From positions 1 to 64,000 of IMG/VR virus record IMGVR_UViG_3300028549_000563: 64,000 nucleotides of DNA. One strand, given 5' to 3'. The translations under genes were made by a program, and so were the position numbers. The DNA comes from a virus. Under the pieces are notes generated by a model. It saw only the letters and a list, made by a program, of their open reading frames with translations, was not told the origin of the DNA and searched no databases. Positions 1 through 9,378 of the stretch are shown here, in pieces (the stretch's first letter is position 1; each line of letters starts with the position of its first letter).

Positions 1-424
1 CTATAGCATAATTACCACTAATAGCTATAGATCTACCAAAATTATCATTAAGACTAGTACCATATGCATTAGGATTATTTAACGTATGCAACAAAGTACC
101 AGTACTTACTTCAAATATATATACTTTACCACTATCATTACCACTAGCATCATCTTCTTGAATAGCACTAACTATAGCATAATTACCGCTAATAGCTACA
201 GAATAACCAAAATAATCACTATCACTAGTACCATAAGGATTAGGATTATTTAATGTACTTAATAAAAATGGAAGTATATTAGATTTATATGGTATTGCTT
301 CTATGTTACCTAATACACCATTTATAGTTATTCCTTGTTTAATATTACTTGGTATTAATAATGCTTTGTCAGCTGCAGATAAACCTCCGCTAGAATTTTG
401 TCCTTTTACTATTCCTTTAGCCAT
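1..424 (-). CDS. FG-GAP-like repeat (beta-propeller) protein, N-terminal part; gene runs off window start
   Basis: ATG at 424 preceded by GGAGGT. My translation MAKGIVKGQNSSGG... contains two copies of NNPN.YGTS..D.FG.S.AISGNYAIV...G.VYIF. Absent from the ORF track because there is no stop in the window. Confidence 0.55.
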   Translation of the reverse strand, partial: MAKGIVKGQNSSGGLSAADKALLIPSNIKQGITINGVLGNIEAIPYKSNILPFLLSTLNNPNPYGTSDSDYFGYSVAISGNYAIVSAIQEDDASGNDSGKVYIFEVSTGTLLHTLNNPNAYGTSLNDNFGRSIAISGNYAI

Positions 425-453
425 AATATGTTACCTCCTTATATGATTCTATT

Positions 454-465
454 TAAATAGATGTT
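454..465 (-). promoter_or_regulatory. AACA-N6-TA promoter-like motif
   Basis: aacatctattta, 30 nt before ATG 424. Confidence 0.45.
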
Positions 466-494
466 CAGTAAAAATAGATATATAAAAAGCTTTT

Positions 495-506
495 AACAGT
501 TATTTA
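495..506 (+). promoter_or_regulatory. AACA-N6-TA promoter-like motif
   Basis: aacagttattta, 24 nt before ATG 530. Confidence 0.45.
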
Positions 507-529
507 ATAAAATAATAGAGGTGATTAAT

Positions 530-1267
530 ATGGACATACTTAGTGCTATAGTGAACTATCCAGCAATAGATACTGATAGATATGTATTCAATGGACGAAA
601 TGTCCCAAGAATTACTGCAATATTATCTCAAATGCTTCATGAAGATTTTCTTATGAGTTGGTCTAATTCATTAGGATTCAAAAGACAAAGTTATAAACAA
701 ACACTACAACGTGCTGCAGATATAGGACAGCATGTACATGATTCTATAGAAAAGTTTCTAATGTCTGGTTATGTAAGTTTAGAATCTGTCCAAGATGATA
801 TGCTATTTGAAGTAACTAATGGATTAGAAAGTTTTATATCATGGTATAAATATATGAAAAATAATTATGATATAAAAGTTATAGGAATGGAACAAAAATT
901 AATATGCCCATACTATGGAGGCACATATGATTTACTATTAGAAGTAGATGGTAAATTATATTTGATTGATTTTAAGACATCCAATCACATAGGATATAAA
1001 TACTTTATCCAAGGATCAGTATATAAAAAAATGCTAGAGGATATAGGTTATATAATAGAAGGAATAGTCATACTACAATTAAATAAGAATGAAATAAAAT
1101 ATAATCAATATTTTCTTCTAAGCAATAATATAGAACATTCTAAATATATGGATACATGTATCCAAACTTTTAATGGATTAGTTTATTCATACTATGGTAG
1201 ATTACATTTAGAGCAAGGGTTTAACAATATATTAATGAAAGATCATGTAATAGAAATGAGGGAATAA
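530..1267 (+). CDS. PD-(D/E)XK nuclease (RecB/Cas4-like exonuclease fold)
   Basis: YGGTYDLLLEVDGKLYLIDFKTS (D...D-x-K core) then QGSVY (QxxxY). SD AGAGGTG sits 5 nt before ATG 530; the track start 521 is a GTG inside the SD. Confidence 0.55.
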   Translation: MDILSAIVNYPAIDTDRYVFNGRNVPRITAILSQMLHEDFLMSWSNSLGFKRQSYKQTLQRAADIGQHVHDSIEKFLMSGYVSLESVQDDMLFEVTNGLESFISWYKYMKNNYDIKVIGMEQKLICPYYGGTYDLLLEVDGKLYLIDFKTSNHIGYKYFIQGSVYKKMLEDIGYIIEGIVILQLNKNEIKYNQYFLLSNNIEHSKYMDTCIQTFNGLVYSYYGRLHLEQGFNNILMKDHVIEMRE

Positions 1268-1269
1268 AG

Positions 1270-1800
1270 TTGTTATTAGAATTTGTTGAAAAATACATTA
1301 CAGTTAAAACAAAACATAAGAATGAAACAAAAGTTATTAGAAAATTAGTTTTAGAGTTGGAATTAAATAGATTAAAAAAAATAATAATACGTGATATATA
1401 CAATGACTATGATGGATACATTTCTTCAAATAAATTAAAAGCAATATTCTTATTAATGATGATAAATTCTGATAAAAATATTCGCAGATGCTCTACATAT
1501 ACAATGGCATTACAATATGAATTAACTTTGGGAACTACATATATAGTATTTACTTATGGTCCTGAAAAAGATAGATATACCCTTAGAATAGTAGAAAAAA
1601 ATGGAGCACAAATAATATTAGCCAAATCAAAATTTAAAAATATTGAGTTGAATAATGCTGCATACTATTTTAACACAGATGAATTAAATGCACGGGTTAA
1701 CACTGTTATAGATAAAGATTATAATAGTACAAATAAATATTTTAAACATGTAACAGTATTACATAAATATATTAATGATATTATTAAATATATATTATAA
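1270..1800 (+). CDS. hypothetical protein
   Basis: 176-aa ORF tightly packed in a plus-strand operon; no recognisable motif. Confidence 0.5.
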   Translation: MLLEFVEKYITVKTKHKNETKVIRKLVLELELNRLKKIIIRDIYNDYDGYISSNKLKAIFLLMMINSDKNIRRCSTYTMALQYELTLGTTYIVFTYGPEKDRYTLRIVEKNGAQIILAKSKFKNIELNNAAYYFNTDELNARVNTVIDKDYNSTNKYFKHVTVLHKYINDIIKYIL

Positions 1801-1821
1801 TTATAAGAGGAGGAATAAAAA

Positions 1822-2112
1822 ATGAATACATTAAGAATAATATTTGAAATTGTAATAATACTATGCATAGTGTTTATTACAGTTGGAGGAAGGTATGAAA
1901 GTTTAGGAGACATTCTAAAACTATTAAAAAGATTAATAGTATTGTTTACTATGTATACGGTAGAGAAAATAGTTTTGCTACCGTTTACACCAGATAATAA
2001 TATGAATATTAGGATAGTCGCCATAGTAACATTATTACTATTTTTAGTTTTATTAATAATGACTAGAATAAAAATTTTGAAAGAGTATAATAGAAGAATT
2101 AAGGAAAGATAA
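1822..2112 (+). CDS. small membrane protein
   Basis: SD GAGGAGG upstream; hydrophobic segments IVIILCIVFITVGG and VAIVTLLLFLVLLIM. Confidence 0.6.
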   Translation: MNTLRIIFEIVIILCIVFITVGGRYESLGDILKLLKRLIVLFTMYTVEKIVLLPFTPDNNMNIRIVAIVTLLLFLVLLIMTRIKILKEYNRRIKER

Positions 2113-2132
2113 AATATTACGAGGTGATATAA

Positions 2133-3365
2133 ATGAATCTATATTGTCCGTTTGACATCGTAGAAGATCAATATAAGATTGAAGAAGAATTATATAATCT
2201 TAATCAAGAACGAAGAATATCAAGAACTCCTTTGGTGAATATATCTATAGCAGATATTCACTTTGGAGCTATGGATCCAGAATATCAATATCAAATATTA
2301 AAAGACCAATTTTTAAATAGAATATCAAATATTTATTTTGATATAATATCTATAAATGGAGATTTATTCGATCATAAATTCATGTCGAATTCAGAAGTAA
2401 TATTATATGCAATGAAATTTATTGATGATATATGTAATATATGTAGGACTAGAAATAATAGTCCTACATTAATTATCATCGCTGGAACATTATCACATGA
2501 TTCAAATCAATTAAAATTATTTTATCATTATATAACAGATAATAGTGTAGATGTACGTATAGTAGAATCAACAAGATTTGAGTATTCGCATGGTGCAAAG
2601 ATATTATGTATCCCAGAAGAATATTCTAAAGGTGAAAACTATTATAATAGTTTTCTATATCATTCTGGATTTTATGATATGGTATTAATGCATGGAACTT
2701 TAGATGGTGCTAAGTCATATCTAGCTCGTCAAGAATCAGGAATACATCTAGATAGAGCTCCGATATTTAATATAAGGCATTTTGATCAATGTACTGGGTA
2801 TATATCTTCTGGGCATTATCACACTGCAATGTGTTTAAATAGATACTTCTATTATTCTGGTTCGCCATTAAGATGGAAGTTTGGTGAAGAAGAAGAAAAA
2901 GGATTTATGATATTTTTATTTAATCCAGATCAAGGTACACATCACATGCAGTTTATACCAATAATATCTAAGACTTATAAAACTATGGTAATAGATGATT
3001 TATTAAATATAAATGCTATGACAGCAATACAACAAATAAAAAGTTTTTATGAAAATAATGGTATAGATAACTTAAGACTACATGTCCTAAACCTATCTAC
3101 AGACGAGCAATTAGCGAACATCGAGCTTATAAAAAAATATTTTAAACATAACAATAAGTTAAAAATATTAATAGACCGAAAGGCTATTGCTAGAAAAAAT
3201 TTAGATGGGCAAATTGAAGTCGAAGAGAATAATGAAATGGATGAATATAAATTTCTATTAGAGAATAGACCTGCTGATGAAAAATTGGTAGAGTATATAA
3301 ACTATAAAAAAGGATATGAATATATTTCATTAGAAGATTTCAGAAAAATACTTGCAGAGGGATAA
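2133..3365 (+). CDS. Mre11/SbcD (T4 gp47-like) metallophosphoesterase nuclease
   Basis: Ordered phosphoesterase motifs ADIHFG, NGDLFDH, GTLSHD, LMHGT, SSGHYH. The N-terminus carries LYCPFDIV. Confidence 0.75.
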   Translation: MNLYCPFDIVEDQYKIEEELYNLNQERRISRTPLVNISIADIHFGAMDPEYQYQILKDQFLNRISNIYFDIISINGDLFDHKFMSNSEVILYAMKFIDDICNICRTRNNSPTLIIIAGTLSHDSNQLKLFYHYITDNSVDVRIVESTRFEYSHGAKILCIPEEYSKGENYYNSFLYHSGFYDMVLMHGTLDGAKSYLARQESGIHLDRAPIFNIRHFDQCTGYISSGHYHTAMCLNRYFYYSGSPLRWKFGEEEEKGFMIFLFNPDQGTHHMQFIPIISKTYKTMVIDDLLNINAMTAIQQIKSFYENNGIDNLRLHVLNLSTDEQLANIELIKKYFKHNNKLKILIDRKAIARKNLDGQIEVEENNEMDEYKFLLENRPADEKLVEYINYKKGYEYISLEDFRKILAEG

Positions 3366-5160
3366 TGGTGATCATATGTTAGACATATCAAGACGGCAGA
3401 AATATTCAAATACTGGAAGTACAATTAATAAGTCACAAAAATACATTGATCTTAATTTTGATTTAGAATCATTGAATTTGATGTGTACATATGTAATATC
3501 AGAGAATGCAGCTATTAGACGTTCTCATTTATTAAATATGAGAAATTTATTCGCCATACTAAATCCAGATTTATATATGTCCGATAGAGATAAAATGTCA
3601 AGATATCAGTTTATTATAAAAGGGTTAGAAGCTAGACTTGTAGCTAATATATCTGGATCTTTTCTAATAATAAAATATGTTAATGGTGGACTATTAGATA
3701 ATAATTTAATAGATCCTGATAACTTAAAATACTTGTTATCCACTTCAGAAGTCGAATGGATACACCATACAATATCAAAATCATTGACCCATAGCTATTT
3801 GTATTATGGTATAAGTACTATGAGAAGCTTAGTTTCTAGATTTGATGCAGCTGATCCTTCTACTAGACATGAATTAGATAATGAATATGTAGAATTTATA
3901 ATGGGTGCATCTCACAGTATACGTCATTCTAGAGTAGAAGACAGATCAGAAGCAATGTTTTCATTAAGAGATAATTTTGATGATAATATGAGAGATATCC
4001 ATGCAGATCTATCGTCACCATCTAGCATACTTTATACAGGAATTCAGGGATTTAATGAAATTACTGGTGGAGGATTTCATAGCGCTAGAGCATATATGTT
4101 ATTCGGGTTACCAGCTGCTGGAAAATCAATAACATTATTAGATTTTGCAGTGCAAATTAAAAGACACAACAAAGGTATTAAAACCAAAGATCCAACAAAA
4201 ATACCATGTGTAGTATTATTAACCCAAGAGAATACAGTTAAAGAGTCAGTAGAACGTTTATTTAATCTAACTGTAATGGGTGATAATATTAGAAATTATA
4301 GTGCAGATGAAGTAATAAGACTATTAAAGCAAGATGGAGAATTATATCTTAGCGATGGTTCACCGATAGATATAATAATAAAATTCAAACCAAGTGGTTC
4401 TATAGATACTTCATATTTATATACATTAACAGAAGATTTGGAAGAAGATGGTTATGAATGCATATGTATGTTTCATGATTATATTAAGCATATTCGCCCT
4501 ATTAATAAAAAGGGAGACCTTCGCTTAGATCTTGGAGAAATTGTAAATGAGTATAAAGTATTTGCATCTATTAAAGATATTCCATTAATCGGTGTATCAC
4601 AATTAAATAGAGATGCCGCTAAGAATATAGATGCAGCCGCTGAGAATAATAAAGCTGATATGACTAGATTATTGGGTAGATCAAATATTGGAGAATCTAT
4701 GATTATGTTAGAAAATCTAGATTGGGCATGTATTATAAATAGAGATTATGATCAATATGGAAATATGTATATGGTATTTAAACGTATTAAGATACGATAT
4801 GCTGCAACTGAACGTGATTATATATGTCAACCATTTGTAAATGGTAGCAAAATACGATTGATAGAAGATATACATCTTCCTGTACCTTTATTTAAGGAAA
4901 CATTAAAAGCTGGAGCTGCAGAAAGTAATCTATATAACGGAACTGTAACTGCTAAAAAGATTATTACTAATACTGTGCGTCGCGATATATCTGAACTTAT
5001 AAGCGATCAGCGTAAGCATATTGAAGATACTAATGTATTTGATAAAAAGTTTCAGAGTATGGCCAGCTTTTCAGAATTTGATGATAATTATAATACCCAG
5101 CAATATATACAACCTCAACATCAAATGATAGAGATGTATTGTCCATTTTCAATAGCATAA
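3352..5160 (+). CDS. DnaB-family replicative helicase
   Basis: Walker A GLPAAGKS, Walker B CMFHDY, SQLNRDA motif. In-frame ATG at 3376 is an alternative start. C-terminus is MYCPFSIA-stop. Confidence 0.7.
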   Translation: MQRDNGDHMLDISRRQKYSNTGSTINKSQKYIDLNFDLESLNLMCTYVISENAAIRRSHLLNMRNLFAILNPDLYMSDRDKMSRYQFIIKGLEARLVANISGSFLIIKYVNGGLLDNNLIDPDNLKYLLSTSEVEWIHHTISKSLTHSYLYYGISTMRSLVSRFDAADPSTRHELDNEYVEFIMGASHSIRHSRVEDRSEAMFSLRDNFDDNMRDIHADLSSPSSILYTGIQGFNEITGGGFHSARAYMLFGLPAAGKSITLLDFAVQIKRHNKGIKTKDPTKIPCVVLLTQENTVKESVERLFNLTVMGDNIRNYSADEVIRLLKQDGELYLSDGSPIDIIIKFKPSGSIDTSYLYTLTEDLEEDGYECICMFHDYIKHIRPINKKGDLRLDLGEIVNEYKVFASIKDIPLIGVSQLNRDAAKNIDAAAENNKADMTRLLGRSNIGESMIMLENLDWACIINRDYDQYGNMYMVFKRIKIRYAATERDYICQPFVNGSKIRLIEDIHLPVPLFKETLKAGAAESNLYNGTVTAKKIITNTVRRDISELISDQRKHIEDTNVFDKKFQSMASFSEFDDNYNTQQYIQPQHQMIEMYCPFSIA

Positions 5161-5168
5161 TAAAAAGA

Positions 5169-5204
5169 AGAAGTATAGCGCAAGCTATACTTCTAAATTT
5201 TTTA
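5169..5204. terminator. bidirectional hairpin terminator between convergent genes
   Basis: agaagtatagc / gcaa / gctatacttct followed by a T-run. Confidence 0.65.
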
Positions 5205-5610
5205 TGTAATTAATATTATTAGTTAGATAATTAACTTCAGCATTTATAATCCTTCCAAGAAGATCTATATTCTTTGGATGTAATAATTTTATAATTTTAA
5301 ATTCAAAATCTTTTACATCGCATATATTATTTAAAATCATAATTATAAAATATAGATCAGTATAACCATAGACATCAAATGCTAATCTTCTTGGATTAAA
5401 TTGATATTTCATAAAATCCGCATCTGTTAATTTTACGCTAACTGAAGCATCAAGCAATTCAGCTTTGTAATCATGAAATATGTTATGAGATGCTATATAA
5501 ACATCTGTGGCTATTTTTTCTAATATCGCAGCTTTGTTATAAGATATATCATAACTTTTACCAACTGAAATAAATTGTTCTATTGTATATGTATCTGCAG
5601 GATTTGCCAT
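5185..5610 (-). CDS. hypothetical protein
   Basis: 141-aa ORF, second gene of a two-gene minus-strand unit behind an AACA-N6-TA motif. Confidence 0.5.
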   Translation of the reverse strand: MANPADTYTIEQFISVGKSYDISYNKAAILEKIATDVYIASHNIFHDYKAELLDASVSVKLTDADFMKYQFNPRRLAFDVYGYTDLYFIIMILNNICDVKDFEFKIIKLLHPKNIDLLGRIINAEVNYLTNNINYIKNLEV

Positions 5611-5612
5611 TT

Positions 5613-5981
5613 TTAATACCTCCCAATTACTCGTATATGGTTAATATCTCCACCTATAAACGTTATAATTATTTTTTTATTACCACTAACATTTCCATAC
5701 TCATCTTCAGATGGAAAGTACCGTCTTATCCATTGTGGTACATCTATGTATAAGTAATTGCATGTTGCTATTTTACCATTAGTCTTAATATCACTCTTTA
5801 CTTTATTCAATAAACTTGATGTTGATATTCTGGTATTCAATTCAATTATGCCATCACTAGGTATACCAGGCATTAATACAGGAATTCTGCACTTTAATTC
5901 ACCTGAACTATTTATATTAAATTGTTCTAATATGATAGCTATATGACTAGCATTCATATCTAGACCTTCCACATAATTCAT
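5613..5981 (-). CDS. hypothetical protein
   Basis: 122-aa ORF with SD GGAGGTG. Confidence 0.5.
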   Translation of the reverse strand: MNYVEGLDMNASHIAIILEQFNINSSGELKCRIPVLMPGIPSDGIIELNTRISTSSLLNKVKSDIKTNGKIATCNYLYIDVPQWIRRYFPSEDEYGNVSGNKKIIITFIGGDINHIRVIGRY

Positions 5982-6007
5982 AATTTACACCTCCTACAAC
6001 TATTATT

Positions 6008-6019
6008 TAAATAAGTGTT
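6008..6019 (-). promoter_or_regulatory. AACA-N6-TA promoter-like motif
   Basis: aacacttattta, 27 nt before ATG 5981. Confidence 0.45.
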
Positions 6020-6056
6020 ACGACATTAAATACATAACGAAAGGTAGAATACTACT

Positions 6057-6530
6057 ATGGGAAACATGTACGCAAGAAATCAAGATGATGTAATAGAGAT
6101 AGTAATGGGTCTTATGAACCTAGATTTTAACGAACAAGAATTTTTAATCGATGAAGATTATTTAATGGAGATTCAATTAAAGAGTAAGAAGATAACGTCA
6201 AAATACTCTACGCTAGTCGGCCCTCAATATATTCCATTTGACTTGATAAAAAATAAGTTATTAATGAAAACAATATTTGATTATTTTATTGAAAAGATCC
6301 ATAAACAAAATGGGGTATATGTAACTTCTATAACTTCTCAATCTAATAAAGAACAAAGAACTATATCTACAACAGTATCAATAGCAAGAGAAAATAATGA
6401 GATGCCTATACGAATTACTAGCAACTACTTTAACAATATTAATCTATCCTACATAGATCTAATATGCAAATTATCTAATATTGAATTGTCTATAGCTGAA
6501 GGTATAGACGGATTTACAAATGATATTTGA
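6057..6530 (+). CDS. hypothetical protein
   Basis: 157-aa ORF; internal YIPFDL at 6228-6245. Confidence 0.5.
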   Translation: MGNMYARNQDDVIEIVMGLMNLDFNEQEFLIDEDYLMEIQLKSKKITSKYSTLVGPQYIPFDLIKNKLLMKTIFDYFIEKIHKQNGVYVTSITSQSNKEQRTISTTVSIARENNEMPIRITSNYFNNINLSYIDLICKLSNIELSIAEGIDGFTNDI

Positions 6531-7713
6531 TAAAGACCAAGAAAAAATTATTAATGAAGCGGTAAACCATATCAAGTATGATACAGGTAGGCAAGTATAT
6601 GAGTTTGCCGGCAGAGCCGGTACTGGTAAATCTACAGTATTTGCAGAGATATTAAGAAGAAGTAATGTTCCACGTCATAGAGTTATAGCTATGGCATATA
6701 TTGGGCAGGCGGCTATAAATATGAGAATGAAAGGATTCCCTACAGCAAAAACTATACATTCTCATATTTACGATCCAATGCTTTTACCTTTATTAAAAAA
6801 TGGGTTACCTGTAATGGATACAGTATATAATAGACCTATAATGACTTTACAATTTGTGCCAAAAGCAGTTGATGGAGATTTAATGTTTATTGATGAAGCT
6901 GGTACTGTTCCTGAGGATATGAAGGCTGATATATTGAGTAAAGGTATAAAAATAATAGCCACAGGAGACCTTGCTCAATTACCGCCAGTAATTGGTAAAT
7001 CTGCATTTTTAAACGATCCAAACATTCCTGAACTAACTAAGATAATGCGTCAGGGTGAAGGATCAGATATATTATATATAGCAGATAGAGCTCGCAGAGG
7101 GTTACCAATACACCCTGGGGTATATGGAAATGTACTAGTTATATATCCACAGCAATTAAATAATAGAATGATAATGAGTTCTAATGTTATACTTTGTGGT
7201 ACTAATAAGACTAGGGATGCCATGAATAAACGAGTTAGAGAAGATTTGTTAGGCATTAACTCAGACTTACCAGTAAATAATGATAGAGTAGTTTGTAGAA
7301 ATAATAATTGGCAAATAGCTGTAGATGGAATCAATCTAGCCAATGGTCTTGCAGGTATTGTAACAAATAATCCAACTGTAAGAGGGTATAAGAATGAAGT
7401 ATTTACAATGGATTTTAGACCTTTTTTATTAGATTCTTCTTTTAAAGATTTAGAATGTGATTATAAATATTTAAATGCAAAACATATTGATAGACAAACT
7501 TTAAAGATGGATAGATATCGTCAAGGTGAAAAGTTTGAATATGGATATGCTTTAACTACACATATGGCCCAAGGTGCTCAATATAATAATGGTATATATA
7601 TCTCTGAATATATGGGAAAAGATATACAAAAGAATATTGATTATACTGGACCGACAAGATTTATAAAATCTATGATATACGTTATACCAAATAATGGTAA
7701 AACGTATTTTTAA
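6520..7713 (+). CDS. Dda/RecD-like SF1 DNA helicase
   Basis: GRAGTGKST (Walker A), MFIDEAG (Walker B), ATGDLAQLPPV (motif III), LTTHMAQGAQY (motif VI). Confidence 0.75.
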   Translation: MIFDKDQEKIINEAVNHIKYDTGRQVYEFAGRAGTGKSTVFAEILRRSNVPRHRVIAMAYIGQAAINMRMKGFPTAKTIHSHIYDPMLLPLLKNGLPVMDTVYNRPIMTLQFVPKAVDGDLMFIDEAGTVPEDMKADILSKGIKIIATGDLAQLPPVIGKSAFLNDPNIPELTKIMRQGEGSDILYIADRARRGLPIHPGVYGNVLVIYPQQLNNRMIMSSNVILCGTNKTRDAMNKRVREDLLGINSDLPVNNDRVVCRNNNWQIAVDGINLANGLAGIVTNNPTVRGYKNEVFTMDFRPFLLDSSFKDLECDYKYLNAKHIDRQTLKMDRYRQGEKFEYGYALTTHMAQGAQYNNGIYISEYMGKDIQKNIDYTGPTRFIKSMIYVIPNNGKTYF

Positions 7714-7716
7714 TCA

Positions 7717-7731
7717 TATATTATAACAATG
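7717..7731 (+). promoter_or_regulatory. TATATTATA-N3-ATG promoter-like box
   Basis: tatattataacaatg, 37 nt before ATG 7768. Confidence 0.45.
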
Positions 7732-7767
7732 TAAATATTATAAATTTTAATTAAAAGGAGGACTTAT

Positions 7768-8142
7768 ATGTCAGATATTAAGAAACAACAAGTACTAGAA
7801 AAGGAACTATATCAACCATTTGAGATAGTTCCTAAAGAACCAATGCGTCAACCATTTGAAATTGTAGAGAAAAAAGATCCTGAAGAAATCGAGTACCTTG
7901 TATTATACATAGGTGATTTCGATGGAGAAGAAATTAAATCTTTTGAAAAAGTTATAGGTAGGCTTAAGGTCTATGAATTTATCAAATCTATTATAGATCA
8001 TATCGATATCGAAGAATCTATGATACTAGCAGAAACGTCAATGCTTAAAGAAGCAATAACTATTCACATGTTCATGGGATATATTAAAGATACGTATTAT
8101 AAAAACGATAACTTTGATATCTCTGATTATGTGGTAGAATAA
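7768..8142 (+). CDS. acidic hypothetical protein with two N-terminal QPFEIV motifs
   Basis: SD AAAGGAGG; LYQPFEIV and RQPFEIV at 7807-7866. Confidence 0.6.
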   Translation: MSDIKKQQVLEKELYQPFEIVPKEPMRQPFEIVEKKDPEEIEYLVLYIGDFDGEEIKSFEKVIGRLKVYEFIKSIIDHIDIEESMILAETSMLKEAITIHMFMGYIKDTYYKNDNFDISDYVVE

Positions 8143-8158
8143 ATAGGGGGTATTTTTA

Positions 8159-8629
8159 ATGGCAAGAAAACCGCATACACAAAGTAACGGTAGATCAAAT
8201 AATTATTTTGAAAAGCAAAAGCAAAGATTTGGTCCTAATTTTCTAGAATCAACAAATGCAAGAAATTACCAGATAGAAGCACCTATGCTATTCAGAGATA
8301 TAGCCAAAGGGAATATAGATACTCAATTCTATAATAATTATTTCTCTGATCCTGTGTTTTTAGATGCACTTATTGCGGTATCTTACAATAACTTTACATT
8401 CCATACTATTTCGCATCGATCTATAATGGAAACAATGGCTAATTTAAATTACTCTGGTGCGGTATATGATTACAAATCATATCAAGCTGCATCGGAAAAA
8501 CATCGACTATCTTCAGAGGCATATAATATCTTATATTCTCATCTAGCGATGTTTAAACAACAGAACTGTAATCCGTCAGTATTAATTCCAATGGTTGCTA
8601 AACTTAGAAATTACAAATACGATATCTAA
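8159..8629 (+). CDS. hypothetical protein
   Basis: 156-aa ORF, SD AGGGGG. Confidence 0.5.
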   Translation: MARKPHTQSNGRSNNYFEKQKQRFGPNFLESTNARNYQIEAPMLFRDIAKGNIDTQFYNNYFSDPVFLDALIAVSYNNFTFHTISHRSIMETMANLNYSGAVYDYKSYQAASEKHRLSSEAYNILYSHLAMFKQQNCNPSVLIPMVAKLRNYKYDI

Positions 8630-8663
8630 CTATTAGATAAGTGTATTTATTTACTAAGTACAA

Positions 8664-8675
8664 AACATCTATATA
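8664..8675 (+). promoter_or_regulatory. AACA-N6-TA promoter-like motif
   Basis: aacatctatata, 20 nt before ATG 8695. Confidence 0.45.
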
Positions 8676-8694
8676 CTAGAGGAGGAATTAATAA

Positions 8695-9210
8695 ATGAAT
8701 AAAGAAAATATCAGTAGAGTCGTAGCTATGCTAGGCGGAGTAAGTAATATAGAACTTTTTGCAGATAACGGAAGACTATTTGTTTCTGATGATGCAAAAG
8801 GTGCTATAATATTTGATGATGTAAATGAAATTGCATATGTAGTAGAGACCAATAATACAGCAATACAAAATGGCAAACCAACAGTAGCCGCATTAGAGTA
8901 CGGTATATTACAATTTATAGATGCTACTTTGGAACCATCAGAACTTGAACATTTCTTTACAGAGCTCGGCACCAATATATCAGATTTTGATAAATTAAGA
9001 TTGCGAGCTGCTTATAACTACATACCAAAAGTAGAGGCCATTACACAATTAGAATTATTAGGCCTTCCAGTATATGAGCAACTTAGATACTCTATACTAT
9101 GGAAATTAAAAGATAAGAAAACTCTTGGTAGAGAAATTGAGGAGGCTATAGAAGTAATAGACATTGTAGCCGATCAAGCGGAATACTTGTATCAACTATT
9201 AAAACGGTAG
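8695..9210 (+). CDS. hypothetical protein
   Basis: 171-aa ORF, SD GAGGAGG, AACA-N6-TA motif 20 nt upstream. Confidence 0.5.
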   Translation: MNKENISRVVAMLGGVSNIELFADNGRLFVSDDAKGAIIFDDVNEIAYVVETNNTAIQNGKPTVAALEYGILQFIDATLEPSELEHFFTELGTNISDFDKLRLRAAYNYIPKVEAITQLELLGLPVYEQLRYSILWKLKDKKTLGREIEEAIEVIDIVADQAEYLYQLLKR

Positions 9211-9378
9211 TAGAAAAATAAACTTAAAACATAAAAATAACTATATATTATACTAGTGATTGGTATGAATAGTTTTATGCTTTAAGTAAAATAAACTAGT
9301 CTGAGTCGATTAGATTCAGACTAATATTCATACACAAAATTAAAAATTATTTTCATGAGATGGAAGGAGAAACAAATT

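Noticed and set aside
1-290. About 168-bp tandem DNA repeat as a non-coding or satellite element
   Set aside because: It is fully explained by the in-frame FG-GAP protein repeats of the minus-strand CDS.
1791-1799. TATATTATA copy at the end of CDS 1270-1800
   Set aside because: It lies only 23 nt from the next ATG, overlaps the stop codon and the SD spacing, and lacks the N3-ATG element. It is probably a chance match in AT-rich DNA.
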